Shown here: in pieces, positions 1-9,542 of the stretch
Layout of the letters: each line of letters begins with the position of its first letter
Numbering within the stretch: the first letter of the stretch is position 1
Assembly: GCA_048885535.1 (NCBI GenBank)
Contig: JBHLLO010000028.1
Coordinates: 1-39,756 of the forward strand
DNA length: 39,756 bases
Direction of reading: 5' to 3'
Source of the DNA: Candidatus Hermodarchaeota archaeon
GTDB lineage: Archaea > Asgardarchaeota > Lokiarchaeia > Sigyniarchaeales > SOKP01
Translations under genes and position numbers: made by a program
Notes under the pieces: model-generated
Databases searched by the model: none
Seen by the model: the letters and a program-made list of their open reading frames with translations, nothing else
What the model was told of the DNA's origin: nothing

Positions 1-52
1 GTTAGTTGAAGAATCAGAAAAATAAATATTTTTTTACTTTTTTTTTTAATTT

Positions 53-1087
53 TTAAATTAAATTTGATTTTAATTTCTCTGCCTTTTCATAAAATTCTCT
101 ATAAAGGCTAAAATCACCCATTTCGTAGCAGAGTTCAGATATTTTATGGAAATATTCTGCGGTTTGTAAAATATCTCCACTTTCTAAAGACTCTTTTGCT
201 TTTTCAATCAATTGGTCACGCTCAAAAAGTGGTTTCAACAGCGGAGAAATTTCAGTGTTAACTTCCAATATATCAGCAATAATTTGTATCATTTTGTTAC
301 GATTGTTTGGATCAATTGCAACCATGGAATAAGTTTTTATTCCTAAAATCCTTTCGATTTTCTCAATTTGTAAAGCATCGGGTAAATCTTGTTTATTTCC
401 AATGACAGCTGAATGGGCATAGGGCACTTGCTCTCTTATTAACTCAACAAAAAACCTGCTTTTTTCAACATTTTCTAAACTAGAGTCAGAAATCAATAAA
501 ACTGCATCACTTCCAAATATAAAATCGTTCCATAAATAGCTGAATTGTTCTTGACCAGCGAAGTCCCATAAATGAAAATATAATTTTCCCATCTTTATTG
601 TTGAGACTTTTCCCGTAATAGTAGGAATATGAACGTCAGGGATTTCTTCAGAGCGAATTAACTTTGTTATGGTTGTCTTTCCAACTCCAGAAAATCCAAT
701 CAATGAGATCTTTGTTTTTATATTTCTGTATATTGAATCAATAACAGGATCTAACACCTGTAATAGAGATTCATCAACGTTTGTAATGTTCTCTCCAAAA
801 GTTTCTATAAATTCTTTCTGAAACTTTTTTAAATCGCCTTTCAATTGCTGGTCAGAATCATTTACTCCAGCAATGAACATAAAAATTAATTTTAAGTCAC
901 TTTCTGAGGAATAAACAATTTTATATTTAAAAAAGTTATAACTTCCAAATTCAGTTCCCATTCCACGGAAGGCTTCCTTAGTAATCTCTTGATATATATC
1001 TTGTAGCTTTTCTTGAGTTAAAGCCTTTCCAAAATTCTTTTCATAAAGAATTTTTTCATCTTTGAAAATGTAAATCTGTCTTAACAT
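53..1087 (-). CDS. Small GTPase (Arf/Rab/Roc-like) with an N-terminal longin-like domain
   Basis: G1 GFSGVGKTT, G2 PTIT, G3 WDFAGQEQF and G4 GNKQD in the C-terminal half. The ~125-aa N-terminal alpha/beta region resembles Asgard longin-like domains. ATG at 1087 (MLRQIYIF) preferred over TTG at 1105. Confidence 0.88.
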   Translation of the reverse strand: MLRQIYIFKDEKILYEKNFGKALTQEKLQDIYQEITKEAFRGMGTEFGSYNFFKYKIVYSSESDLKLIFMFIAGVNDSDQQLKGDLKKFQKEFIETFGENITNVDESLLQVLDPVIDSIYRNIKTKISLIGFSGVGKTTITKLIRSEEIPDVHIPTITGKVSTIKMGKLYFHLWDFAGQEQFSYLWNDFIFGSDAVLLISDSSLENVEKSRFFVELIREQVPYAHSAVIGNKQDLPDALQIEKIERILGIKTYSMVAIDPNNRNKMIQIIADILEVNTEISPLLKPLFERDQLIEKAKESLESGDILQTAEYFHKISELCYEMGDFSLYREFYEKAEKLKSNLI

Positions 1088-1415
1088 GGTTTCACACAAA
1101 ATCAAACGTTTTATTTAAAATTAGCTTATTTTTATTCTTTATTTAAAAGAGCCTTTAATTTCCGATATTTTCCTTGATACTCCAATCTAAATTTTAATAT
1201 TTAAATCTTTACAAAAGAAAATAAGAGCAGATTAGTTGAATATTTTAAGAGTTTATGAATTTAGTGAAGTTCTAATGGCTATATTTTTAATTCTATATGT
1301 TGTTTGATATTATATGTTTTTAATATAAGTATTAGAGGCATGATAAAAAGTTAAATATGAAAATTTGTATTAATAAATTTAAATAAAAATTTATTTTACA
1401 AATGGTAATGAATAA

Positions 1416-4400
1416 ATGAGAACAAATTTAGAACATAGAACTAAATACACTCTATTCTTTTTATTGATTCTCATAACTCCGGCTTTTCTTACGACTTTTT
1501 TGATAAACTCAAGTAATACTGAAGAATCTGATAATACAGCTGTAAATGAAAATTTTGGTAATGATGATGAACTCACTGAGAAATTTAATCCAATTTCATC
1601 GGATACATATCTTTATGGTAATCCACTTGATGTACAATATTGGTGGAATAATTTGTATGGATATCGAATAGGTTTTAAAATTGAAGAAGTAAACGGTATT
1701 GACAGATATCAACCTATAGATATATATTTTCCCAATTTTAATGATTATGAACACTATAAGCAAACAACACGGTTAGTTAGATGGAATGCTTTAGGAAGTA
1801 ATCAATATAGCGGACCAATTCCTATTGAAGTTTGGAATATAACAGACCAAATCACTGATACAAATTATATAAAATCTTGTACAATAACCTTTATGGTTAA
1901 TGTTACAGCTAATAGTAATTCAACATATTTCCTATACTATAATAATGATATGGATGGTATTACCCCACCAGTTTATTCTACCGGATTTGTACCAGTAAGA
2001 TTGGGGGATAGGGTCACCATATCTATTAATCCACCCTCAGGATCAGAAGCTTATGATATTGAGTTTGAAAAGGGGGGAGCTATCAATAAATTACAAATGG
2101 GAAGCTATAATTTCCATCGTACTGAAACCTTCAGACCCGAGAAACACAAAGATCAGCTGAAATTTTTACTTCATTTAGACGAGGGTTTCGGAACAACTGC
2201 TGCTGATTCTACTGGAACCACTACTGTAAATGGTGAGTTTGGAATTGATGAAGATGGTAATCCTACTCTAGGTGATCCTGATTGGAATCCAAATGGAATT
2301 GTAGGTTACTGCTTGTATTTTGACAGAAGTGAAGAAGATGTATTGACTTGGTATGGAGAGGGAACTGGTGGTAGTGCGGAAGAGGGGTTATTATTTTTAA
2401 CAAGATCCTCTCAAATGGAGAACTTTACTATAACAGCGTGGATTAAACCAGAGGTGGGCTCTCTTCAACCTTCCACTACAAACCATAGGACTCAAAATTG
2501 CTTTCTCTCTAAAGCTAGTGATGATCATAATGATAATATCGAAATGGGTGTTATAACAGATGGCGCAGGCACAAATAAGCATCAATTATCTGTATATTTA
2601 GATACGCGATATGGTGCTGAATCAACTGTCGATGCGACTGGTTATTTTGGTGATACTAATGTGTATATTAAAGAGGGGATTTGGAATTTTATAGCATTCA
2701 AATATGAATACGGAGATAGCAAAGTCTATTTATGGAATGAAGATACTGGAGGTGGATGGTTTGTAAATGCTTCAGATTGTTATGTTGGAACCAGTTATAT
2801 GGGGGCTAATATTGACCCATGGTTAACATATGACACTGATGACCCAACTATTGACGCAGCTACTGGAAGTGTTTTTACTATCGGAGCATCACAACATGGA
2901 CAATCAAATGTGAATCAATACTTTCAAGGATGGATTGATGAGGTAGCTATTTATAGTACTGCTTTATATGATGATGAGATTGAAAATTATAAAACGACAG
3001 TATATGATTCTGAAATTGAATCTATAGAAACTCTTATAGAGGGTCAGGTAATGGCTAGATATAGGGTGAATTGGACAACTACATTTGATATGCATGTATC
3101 AGATATATATACATTTTATTATGATTATAATCTCTGGAACATACGTCGAAGTGTTTGGTTTGATGCTCTTAATTATCCAGATAGTTCCACAATCACCTTT
3201 ATTAATGCTTTTTATAATCTTACGGGTGATATTTATCAAAATGGTGATTATTATTATGATGGTGTTAGAGAAGGTAATTGGGCTTCTCATGAAGCGGAGA
3301 ATTATACTGTTATTTATGATTTAACTACTCCATGGGACTCTTATGGATTATTTATAGCAGATTTCTCAACCCCAGATCCGTACTCTGATTGTTCAACAAT
3401 AAAAGGTGATATTGATTATATCTTAGAAAATTCATACCATTATTTACAATACTATTATGGTACAAATAATGACTTTAATAATGATGACGGTGGAAAAGAT
3501 AATGTTTTATATCTTGATCTATGGGAGTATTGCGATCGCCCAGGAAGTTTAACAGAAGTAAACTTAATTCATCTCTATAATAACATCTCATATTCTTTAA
3601 GAAGTCCTTTAGATAGACATATTTATACGTCAGATAACAAATTTTATAATCTTCAGATTGAAGTAACTGATATAGACAACAATGTTGTTCCGAATGCAAT
3701 GGTATCTGTGTATAACTCTACTACAAAGAGTTTACTTAAAACGCAATATACCAATGCCTTGGGAGTAACCACGTTTACTCGATTGATAGAAGATACTTAC
3801 ACAGTGAATGTTTCGTATCTAGAAACTAATTTCTATGATCAAACACCCTTGACAATAACAACACCAAAAGATGTTGCATTAAACGATAATACAGTAATAA
3901 ATAACTTGAATATAACAAAATTTGAAAATGTTGATCTAACATCCCTAAATGTAACCTGCAGAAGATGGGATTCAGGATCATGGCAAGAATATGTTTCTGG
4001 AGCTAAAATCCCATTTACAATCGCTAATGGTAGTGATATTATCCCTGTTGGGTGGGTATCTACCGATGATAATGGAAAAGCGGTAATTCGTTGGCATCCT
4101 CTAGCGGATGCGGGGGCGGGAAATATTACTTTTAATATAATATGGCATGGGCAACTAATTGGAATCATCAATAATACTTATAGTATAGATAGAAGAGTTG
4201 ATCTCGATAGCATTTTATCTAATGTGACCTTGCCCTACTATCAAGAGGATTTGGTATATATAAATGTAAGTACTTCTTCCAGAGTCGAAACATTTTTAGA
4301 GGTCTCTGGCGCTCCAACCGCAATGTTAGGAGAAAATCTATTCTTTACTGCAAATTATACCTATTCATTAAATGGAGCACCTCCTGCAAATGTTAGTGAT

Positions 4401-5945
4401 GCACTAATAACTTACGAGATATACAAATACAAACCATATCAGTTAGTGAGTACTGGTCCTGAAACCCTGTCTTTCACACAATTATATTCAGGTCAGAGTA
4501 AAGTTCATGAGCTATGGATAGATACATCTCTACCAATAGATTCAGGTGGGATTAATTGGGAAGGAGAAGTTTGGTATATCATGGAATTAGTCGCAAGTGC
4601 ACCTAGTTATCCAACTCAAACATATAATATATATTTTAAGTTGGATGGAATTACCTCAGCGTTAACTGCTGAACAATCAAGCGTTTCAGCTTATTGGAAT
4701 GAAAATCTTAATTTTCGTGTTCTATATGAAAATATATTTGCTGAGCCAGATGTGGGTATAACTGGTGCAACGGTAACTTTTGAAGTTAATGGTTATTCTT
4801 ATATAAATGGTTCATTTTTAGAAGATTCTGATGGATGGTATAATCTTAGTTTAGGGACAAATGGAATATTTCCTCAAACTGGTTCTTATAGTTTAGAAGT
4901 CCAAGCAATGGCTCACAATTATCTTCCCGTATCAATTGATATTTCGATTTCAATAAATAAAATAAACACTAAATTAAATGGCTCAGAACTAATATCTCAA
5001 GATAAACCCGCAAATATCTTTATTGGAGTAAGAAAGATTTTTACTTTCATATATCAAGTAGCAGCCAATGATGAAGATATTTCGAATGCAGATACAAGTG
5101 AAAGTTATTGGGTTAAATTCAATGAGCAATCCCAGATTGAGGCTATTGGATATGATCTGAATATCATTAATACTCATGGAGGAGTATACGAAATTGATTT
5201 TAATACAGAAAACCTAGAAGTCGGTACTTATTCTATAACACTTATAATTTCAAAACAAAACTTTGCTCAAAGGATTTATACTATCGACCTTACAGTTTCT
5301 AAAAGGATATTTTTTACCACGGCTCAAAAAATATATGACGTGGTTTCTGGAAATAATTTAGTGATTACGTTAAGTATAACAGATCTTGATAATGGTAATC
5401 CTATAGATGATATAGTCGAAGGTGATGCTTATGTTAATTTTCTAAATCGAAATTTCACTCTATATCATATGGGTGGAGGGGTTTATAGAGCGACATTAAC
5501 AAACATTCCTGCTGATGCATTTTTCGCACCTAAGGTAATTTCTGCTGTTATTTATATAAATCGTGTTAACTACACTACAGTGGCAATAGATATTACAGTG
5601 AATGTAGGGATGATTGAAATCTTTCCTGGCTTTCCGTTATTTTATTTCCTTATGATAATCGCTGCTGTAGTGGCAGTGGCAGGTAGTTTAGTTGCCTATC
5701 GTGCTATTCAAAGAGCTAGGATCCCTACATTTGTAAAAAGAGTTAGAGAAATAAAGAGTGCTATAAAAAGCAAAAAATCAATTTCAGAATCTCTATTATA
5801 TCCGTCAAAAGAGGAATATCTTCTGAAGAGAGTAGGAGATAAATGGGAGATGCTTGGATTATCATTAGATGACATTTTAGGAGTTCAGAAAAAGAAAGGG
5901 AAGAGAATTCCTCAACCAAGCGAATACGAAGGAGGTGCTGTTTAA
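1416..5945 (+). CDS. Large membrane-anchored surface protein: DUF2341-like, LamG/concanavalin-like and Ig-like repeat regions, C-terminal TM helix and basic cytoplasmic tail
   Basis: N-terminal hydrophobic segment. WWNNLYGYRIGFKI resembles a DUF2341 start. LamG motifs HLDEGFGTTAADSTG, FTITAWIKP and YFQGWIDEVAIYSTAL. Beta-rich repeats with many N-x-S/T sequons. TM FYFLMIIAAVVAVAGSLVAY, then IPTFVKRVREIK. Confidence 0.8.
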   Translation: MRTNLEHRTKYTLFFLLILITPAFLTTFLINSSNTEESDNTAVNENFGNDDELTEKFNPISSDTYLYGNPLDVQYWWNNLYGYRIGFKIEEVNGIDRYQPIDIYFPNFNDYEHYKQTTRLVRWNALGSNQYSGPIPIEVWNITDQITDTNYIKSCTITFMVNVTANSNSTYFLYYNNDMDGITPPVYSTGFVPVRLGDRVTISINPPSGSEAYDIEFEKGGAINKLQMGSYNFHRTETFRPEKHKDQLKFLLHLDEGFGTTAADSTGTTTVNGEFGIDEDGNPTLGDPDWNPNGIVGYCLYFDRSEEDVLTWYGEGTGGSAEEGLLFLTRSSQMENFTITAWIKPEVGSLQPSTTNHRTQNCFLSKASDDHNDNIEMGVITDGAGTNKHQLSVYLDTRYGAESTVDATGYFGDTNVYIKEGIWNFIAFKYEYGDSKVYLWNEDTGGGWFVNASDCYVGTSYMGANIDPWLTYDTDDPTIDAATGSVFTIGASQHGQSNVNQYFQGWIDEVAIYSTALYDDEIENYKTTVYDSEIESIETLIEGQVMARYRVNWTTTFDMHVSDIYTFYYDYNLWNIRRSVWFDALNYPDSSTITFINAFYNLTGDIYQNGDYYYDGVREGNWASHEAENYTVIYDLTTPWDSYGLFIADFSTPDPYSDCSTIKGDIDYILENSYHYLQYYYGTNNDFNNDDGGKDNVLYLDLWEYCDRPGSLTEVNLIHLYNNISYSLRSPLDRHIYTSDNKFYNLQIEVTDIDNNVVPNAMVSVYNSTTKSLLKTQYTNALGVTTFTRLIEDTYTVNVSYLETNFYDQTPLTITTPKDVALNDNTVINNLNITKFENVDLTSLNVTCRRWDSGSWQEYVSGAKIPFTIANGSDIIPVGWVSTDDNGKAVIRWHPLADAGAGNITFNIIWHGQLIGIINNTYSIDRRVDLDSILSNVTLPYYQEDLVYINVSTSSRVETFLEVSGAPTAMLGENLFFTANYTYSLNGAPPANVSDALITYEIYKYKPYQLVSTGPETLSFTQLYSGQSKVHELWIDTSLPIDSGGINWEGEVWYIMELVASAPSYPTQTYNIYFKLDGITSALTAEQSSVSAYWNENLNFRVLYENIFAEPDVGITGATVTFEVNGYSYINGSFLEDSDGWYNLSLGTNGIFPQTGSYSLEVQAMAHNYLPVSIDISISINKINTKLNGSELISQDKPANIFIGVRKIFTFIYQVAANDEDISNADTSESYWVKFNEQSQIEAIGYDLNIINTHGGVYEIDFNTENLEVGTYSITLIISKQNFAQRIYTIDLTVSKRIFFTTAQKIYDVVSGNNLVITLSITDLDNGNPIDDIVEGDAYVNFLNRNFTLYHMGGGVYRATLTNIPADAFFAPKVISAVIYINRVNYTTVAIDITVNVGMIEIFPGFPLFYFLMIIAAVVAVAGSLVAYRAIQRARIPTFVKRVREIKSAIKSKKSISESLLYPSKEEYLLKRVGDKWEMLGLSLDDILGVQKKKGKRIPQPSEYEGGAV

Positions 5946-5946
5946 A

Positions 5947-7047
5947 ATGCCCGTCGGATTAGTATTGATGAAATGGGATGAGAGAGTGGGAACAGAAATT
6001 TTAGGAAGATTTCCACCAGAAATCAACGTTTCTGATAAAACACTAATGCAGGTGTATAGTACACATGAATATAGTGGAGAATCAGGAATGATAAGTTTAA
6101 TGGTCGGTTCTCTTAATATCGCCTCCTATTATACAGGTCCTGATAAGGGTTATTATATACTTCTTTTACTGAACTTAGATGATGATCCGGATGCTTATGA
6201 AAGCGGTTTAACAGATATTTCAAGAATAATATTACAGAATATTGAAGAAGAAGCCTATCTTCCATTGATTCCTTCACTATTTCGAAGATTATCAATATAT
6301 CCTACATTAAATGATGAACAACGCTTAGCGATTACTTATCAAGATGAAGTAAAGAGAATGATTATTAATCGGTTAAGGGACGAAGGGGTTGTGTCCAAAT
6401 CAGAACTCATGGTCTGGCTTAAAGATAAATACAAGCAAGGATTCGTAGATTTAGAAGGTGTTCTAACTGAAATGATAAAAAAAGATATCATAAAAGAAGC
6501 ATCAGTTAAAGGAATGCCATCGGAGCTTATATTCTTAACTAACGATATTATGATGGTGAGAGTTCCACCTGTTCAATTATTAAAAGATCCTGCTGACAGG
6601 GGTTTACCAACACAGCTCGTAGAAGATTACCGTACGGAATCTAAGAAATTTTTTCAGACATACAGGCCTTCAGAGCAAGATAATCTTACTGTTATAGATG
6701 TTATAATTAACCCCCAAGTTTACGAAACTCTACGTTTATTACGAACAGCTATAGTTACGAGAAACGACCTTGAAAAACTTAAAAAGAAAGGTGTGGATGA
6801 TGTTGATGAGGTTTTAAAAATGCTTTGGGAGAGTAAAATGATTCAGGTATTTCAAGATGACCGAAATAACGAGTACTATGCATTACTATCTGATTTCTAT
6901 GTTGATGTGATTTTTCCTAAATATTTGATAAATATCATTAAGGAAGAATATGAAAAGAAATCAAAAGCTAACCAAGTCTTAATTGAATATCTTTCTGTAC
7001 TTGAAAATTCTTACTTAAATTTGAAATCAGCTGCAAAATCAAAATAA
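5947..7047 (+). CDS. Asgard-type uDENN/longin-like domain protein with probable C-terminal winged-helix-like regions
   Basis: N-terminus GLVLMKWDERVGTEILGRFP fits the uDENN/longin first-strand pattern. GGAGGTG at 5931-5937 favours ATG 5947, 1 nt after the upstream stop. Fold assignment is inference. Confidence 0.6.
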   Translation: MPVGLVLMKWDERVGTEILGRFPPEINVSDKTLMQVYSTHEYSGESGMISLMVGSLNIASYYTGPDKGYYILLLLNLDDDPDAYESGLTDISRIILQNIEEEAYLPLIPSLFRRLSIYPTLNDEQRLAITYQDEVKRMIINRLRDEGVVSKSELMVWLKDKYKQGFVDLEGVLTEMIKKDIIKEASVKGMPSELIFLTNDIMMVRVPPVQLLKDPADRGLPTQLVEDYRTESKKFFQTYRPSEQDNLTVIDVIINPQVYETLRLLRTAIVTRNDLEKLKKKGVDDVDEVLKMLWESKMIQVFQDDRNNEYYALLSDFYVDVIFPKYLINIIKEEYEKKSKANQVLIEYLSVLENSYLNLKSAAKSK

Positions 7048-7059
7048 TATAAAATACAA

Positions 7060-7097
7060 TTTTTTTAAAATTTTTTTTTCTTTTGATTTTTTTTTTA
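7060..7097 (+). terminator. Oligo-T tract, probable archaeal intrinsic terminator
   Basis: Several long T runs just after the stop at 7047. Confidence 0.5.
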
Positions 7098-7156
7098 GAA
7101 TTTTATGGAAATATTATTTTTCTACAATAGACTATTTATCATAAAAATCTGAAATT

Positions 7157-8527
7157 GTGATAAATTTGAATGAAAAAATTCCCCCAGAATTTGATGAGTT
7201 TGATATAGAAAATCTTTCTAAACCCAACGCGCTTCCAGAAGATATTGATTATGAAACTCATATCATCGCCACTTACACAGCAATGCTTCACAGAAAAATG
7301 GATGCTTTTTATATGATGCAAGCTGTTTGTATCGAGCAATCTACTGGCACTTTCGTTCCAGTTCCTGCTGAAACCCCGGAACAAAGAAGAAAACATGTAG
7401 CTAAAGTAATTGGATTGTGGAGAATTCCAGATTTTGAATATGAAGGAGTAGAAGATTTTTTTGGTAATCCTAAAATGCATCAATATGTAGTCCAAATAGC
7501 ATTTCCTTTAAACTTTAAGCCTCAATTTCCTATGCTTTTCACCACGATATATGGTAATATTTCGATGGGGGGTCCCCTCAAGATGGTTGATGTACGGTTT
7601 CCGAAGGCTTTCTTAAAAGAATTTAAGGGACCTAAATTTGGAGATGTTGGAATTAGGAAAATCTTAGGAGTTAAAGAAAGACCCTTATTGAATAACATGA
7701 TCAAACCCTGTGTTTACTCAGATCCTAAAATAGGAGCTGATTTAGCTTACCAAGCAGCTGTAGGGGGTTGTGATATTATTAAAGATGATGAGTTAATTGC
7801 TGATGTTGAGTTTAACCCCATTGTCGAGAGAGTAGTCGCATTCATGGAAGCATTAGATAAAGCGGATTCTGAAAAAGGTGAAAAAACGTTATATACGATA
7901 AATATTACTGACAGCGTTGATAGAATGTTTGAACTGGCCGATATTGTCCAAGAGCATGGGGCAAATGCTTTAATGATAAATCATATTTCAGTTGGCTATT
8001 CAGCAATGAGAAAAGTAGCTGAAGACCCTTCTGTAAAGGTCCCTATTTTAGGACACATGGATCTCGCAGGTGCTCTTTATCAAGATCCCTTAAGTGGAAT
8101 TTCAAGCCCTTTAATTCTTGGAAAGTTTGGAAGATTAGCTGGATGTGATACTATTGTACACCCTGCCCCTTATGGTAAAGCACCTACAAGTGCAGATAGA
8201 TTCAAAGAGACTGCCCGACAAATGGTAATGCCAATGCAGAACGCTCCACATATTAAAAGAACATTACCAATGCCCTCTGGAGGTATCACCCCTAGTTTAG
8301 TTGAAAAATGTGTTCAAGATTTAGGTACTAATATAATGATTGGAAGTGGTGGTGGAATCCATGCTCATCCTGAAGGACCTATAGCAGGGGCAAAAGCTTT
8401 TAGACAAGCTATTGACGCTGTTATGAAAGGGATACCCGTAAGAGATTACGCTAAGGAACACAAAGAATTAGGCGTAGCACTAGGTCTATTTGGTGTTGGT
8501 AAAAAAACTGAATTTACTTCTGTATAA
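7157..8527 (+). CDS. RuBisCO-like protein (form IV)
   Basis: EQSTGT, IYGN, GCDIIKDDE carbamylation motif, MPSGG and GGGIHAHPEG. KPCVY, LGHMD and HPAP replace the KPK, HRA and HxGT signatures of true carboxylases. Confidence 0.85.
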   Translation: MINLNEKIPPEFDEFDIENLSKPNALPEDIDYETHIIATYTAMLHRKMDAFYMMQAVCIEQSTGTFVPVPAETPEQRRKHVAKVIGLWRIPDFEYEGVEDFFGNPKMHQYVVQIAFPLNFKPQFPMLFTTIYGNISMGGPLKMVDVRFPKAFLKEFKGPKFGDVGIRKILGVKERPLLNNMIKPCVYSDPKIGADLAYQAAVGGCDIIKDDELIADVEFNPIVERVVAFMEALDKADSEKGEKTLYTINITDSVDRMFELADIVQEHGANALMINHISVGYSAMRKVAEDPSVKVPILGHMDLAGALYQDPLSGISSPLILGKFGRLAGCDTIVHPAPYGKAPTSADRFKETARQMVMPMQNAPHIKRTLPMPSGGITPSLVEKCVQDLGTNIMIGSGGGIHAHPEGPIAGAKAFRQAIDAVMKGIPVRDYAKEHKELGVALGLFGVGKKTEFTSV

Positions 8528-8553
8528 AATTAAAATTTATTTTTTCTTTTCTT

Positions 8554-9522
8554 TTATTTATTCAAATCCTCCCAATATCTTTTTGAAACAATTCTAATTT
8601 TTGGGTTTAATTTTAAGGTTTTTAAATGTATAACGACTTCATTACCACTGAGATCAAGATATTCCAAGTTAGATAAATCATCAAGGAAACCTAAATTTCC
8701 TTGGTCCTTAATTTTATTATTTGATAAAATTAGATGAGTAAGTGATTTTAATATACCTAATTCTTTTATGTTTTGAATTTGGTTATTTGAGAGATCTAAT
8801 TTCTTAATAGCATTTAAATGTTCTAAACCCTCAATTTCAAGGATATTTGAGATATTATTATTCCATCCCCAAGGCGTCCCTTTAACCTCGTATTCTAAAT
8901 AATTTGATAAATCTAATTGCTCTACAAGGGCAGTTTGAGGATTTAATTCAAAAAATACATTAGGAAATTTTCCAGATAAATGTTTTATAATTAAAAAGTT
9001 TGAAATAATATCTGATATTTGTTTATGAGTGAAGGTTTCTATTTTGGATGTTTTAAATAACCTTTTTAAAACTTTTTTGTATTTCCTATTTTCATACCTT
9101 TTTTCTTCATTTAGATATTTGACTTTTTTTACCTTTTTTAACTCTTCTATCAAAATCCTTTTCGATTCTTCATTTCCCATTATTTCTAAAGTCTTTATAA
9201 CAGCAATGAGAAAACTATAAGGCATTTCATTTTTCACAATCCACTTAATAAGTTTTAATATTTTTTCGGGGTGATCCTTATAAACAAGATCTAATGCTAA
9301 TTTTCTAATCTCAGGATTAGAATCAGAAATTAACAAATTTTCAATGAATTGATATGTATATTTGTCATTAATCCCAATTTTTTTTAATATATCAATTGAT
9401 TCTAATCTTAATTTATTATCTTCAGAATTTTCTATTATTGATTCTAATAGAATTAAAGCAGTATTTTTATCCAGGACTTTCTGAGAGAATTTTTCATATA
9501 TTTCTTTTGGATTAAGAGACAT
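8554..9522 (-). CDS. HEAT-like N-terminus plus leucine-rich-repeat protein
   Basis: IENLLISDSNPEIRKLA HEAT-like repeat. LRRs KKLDLSNNQI, LTHLILSNNKI and LEYLDLSGNEV. Confidence 0.85.
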   Translation of the reverse strand: MSLNPKEIYEKFSQKVLDKNTALILLESIIENSEDNKLRLESIDILKKIGINDKYTYQFIENLLISDSNPEIRKLALDLVYKDHPEKILKLIKWIVKNEMPYSFLIAVIKTLEIMGNEESKRILIEELKKVKKVKYLNEEKRYENRKYKKVLKRLFKTSKIETFTHKQISDIISNFLIIKHLSGKFPNVFFELNPQTALVEQLDLSNYLEYEVKGTPWGWNNNISNILEIEGLEHLNAIKKLDLSNNQIQNIKELGILKSLTHLILSNNKIKDQGNLGFLDDLSNLEYLDLSGNEVVIHLKTLKLNPKIRIVSKRYWEDLNK

Positions 9523-9542
9523 TTTACTATGATTCTAAAGAT

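Noticed and set aside
1-25. Possible 3' end of a plus-strand gene (LVEESEK-stop) followed by a T tract
   Set aside because: Too short to support a call.
7157-8527. Form III RuBisCO
   Set aside because: Several carboxylase-specific residues are replaced, so it was called form IV.
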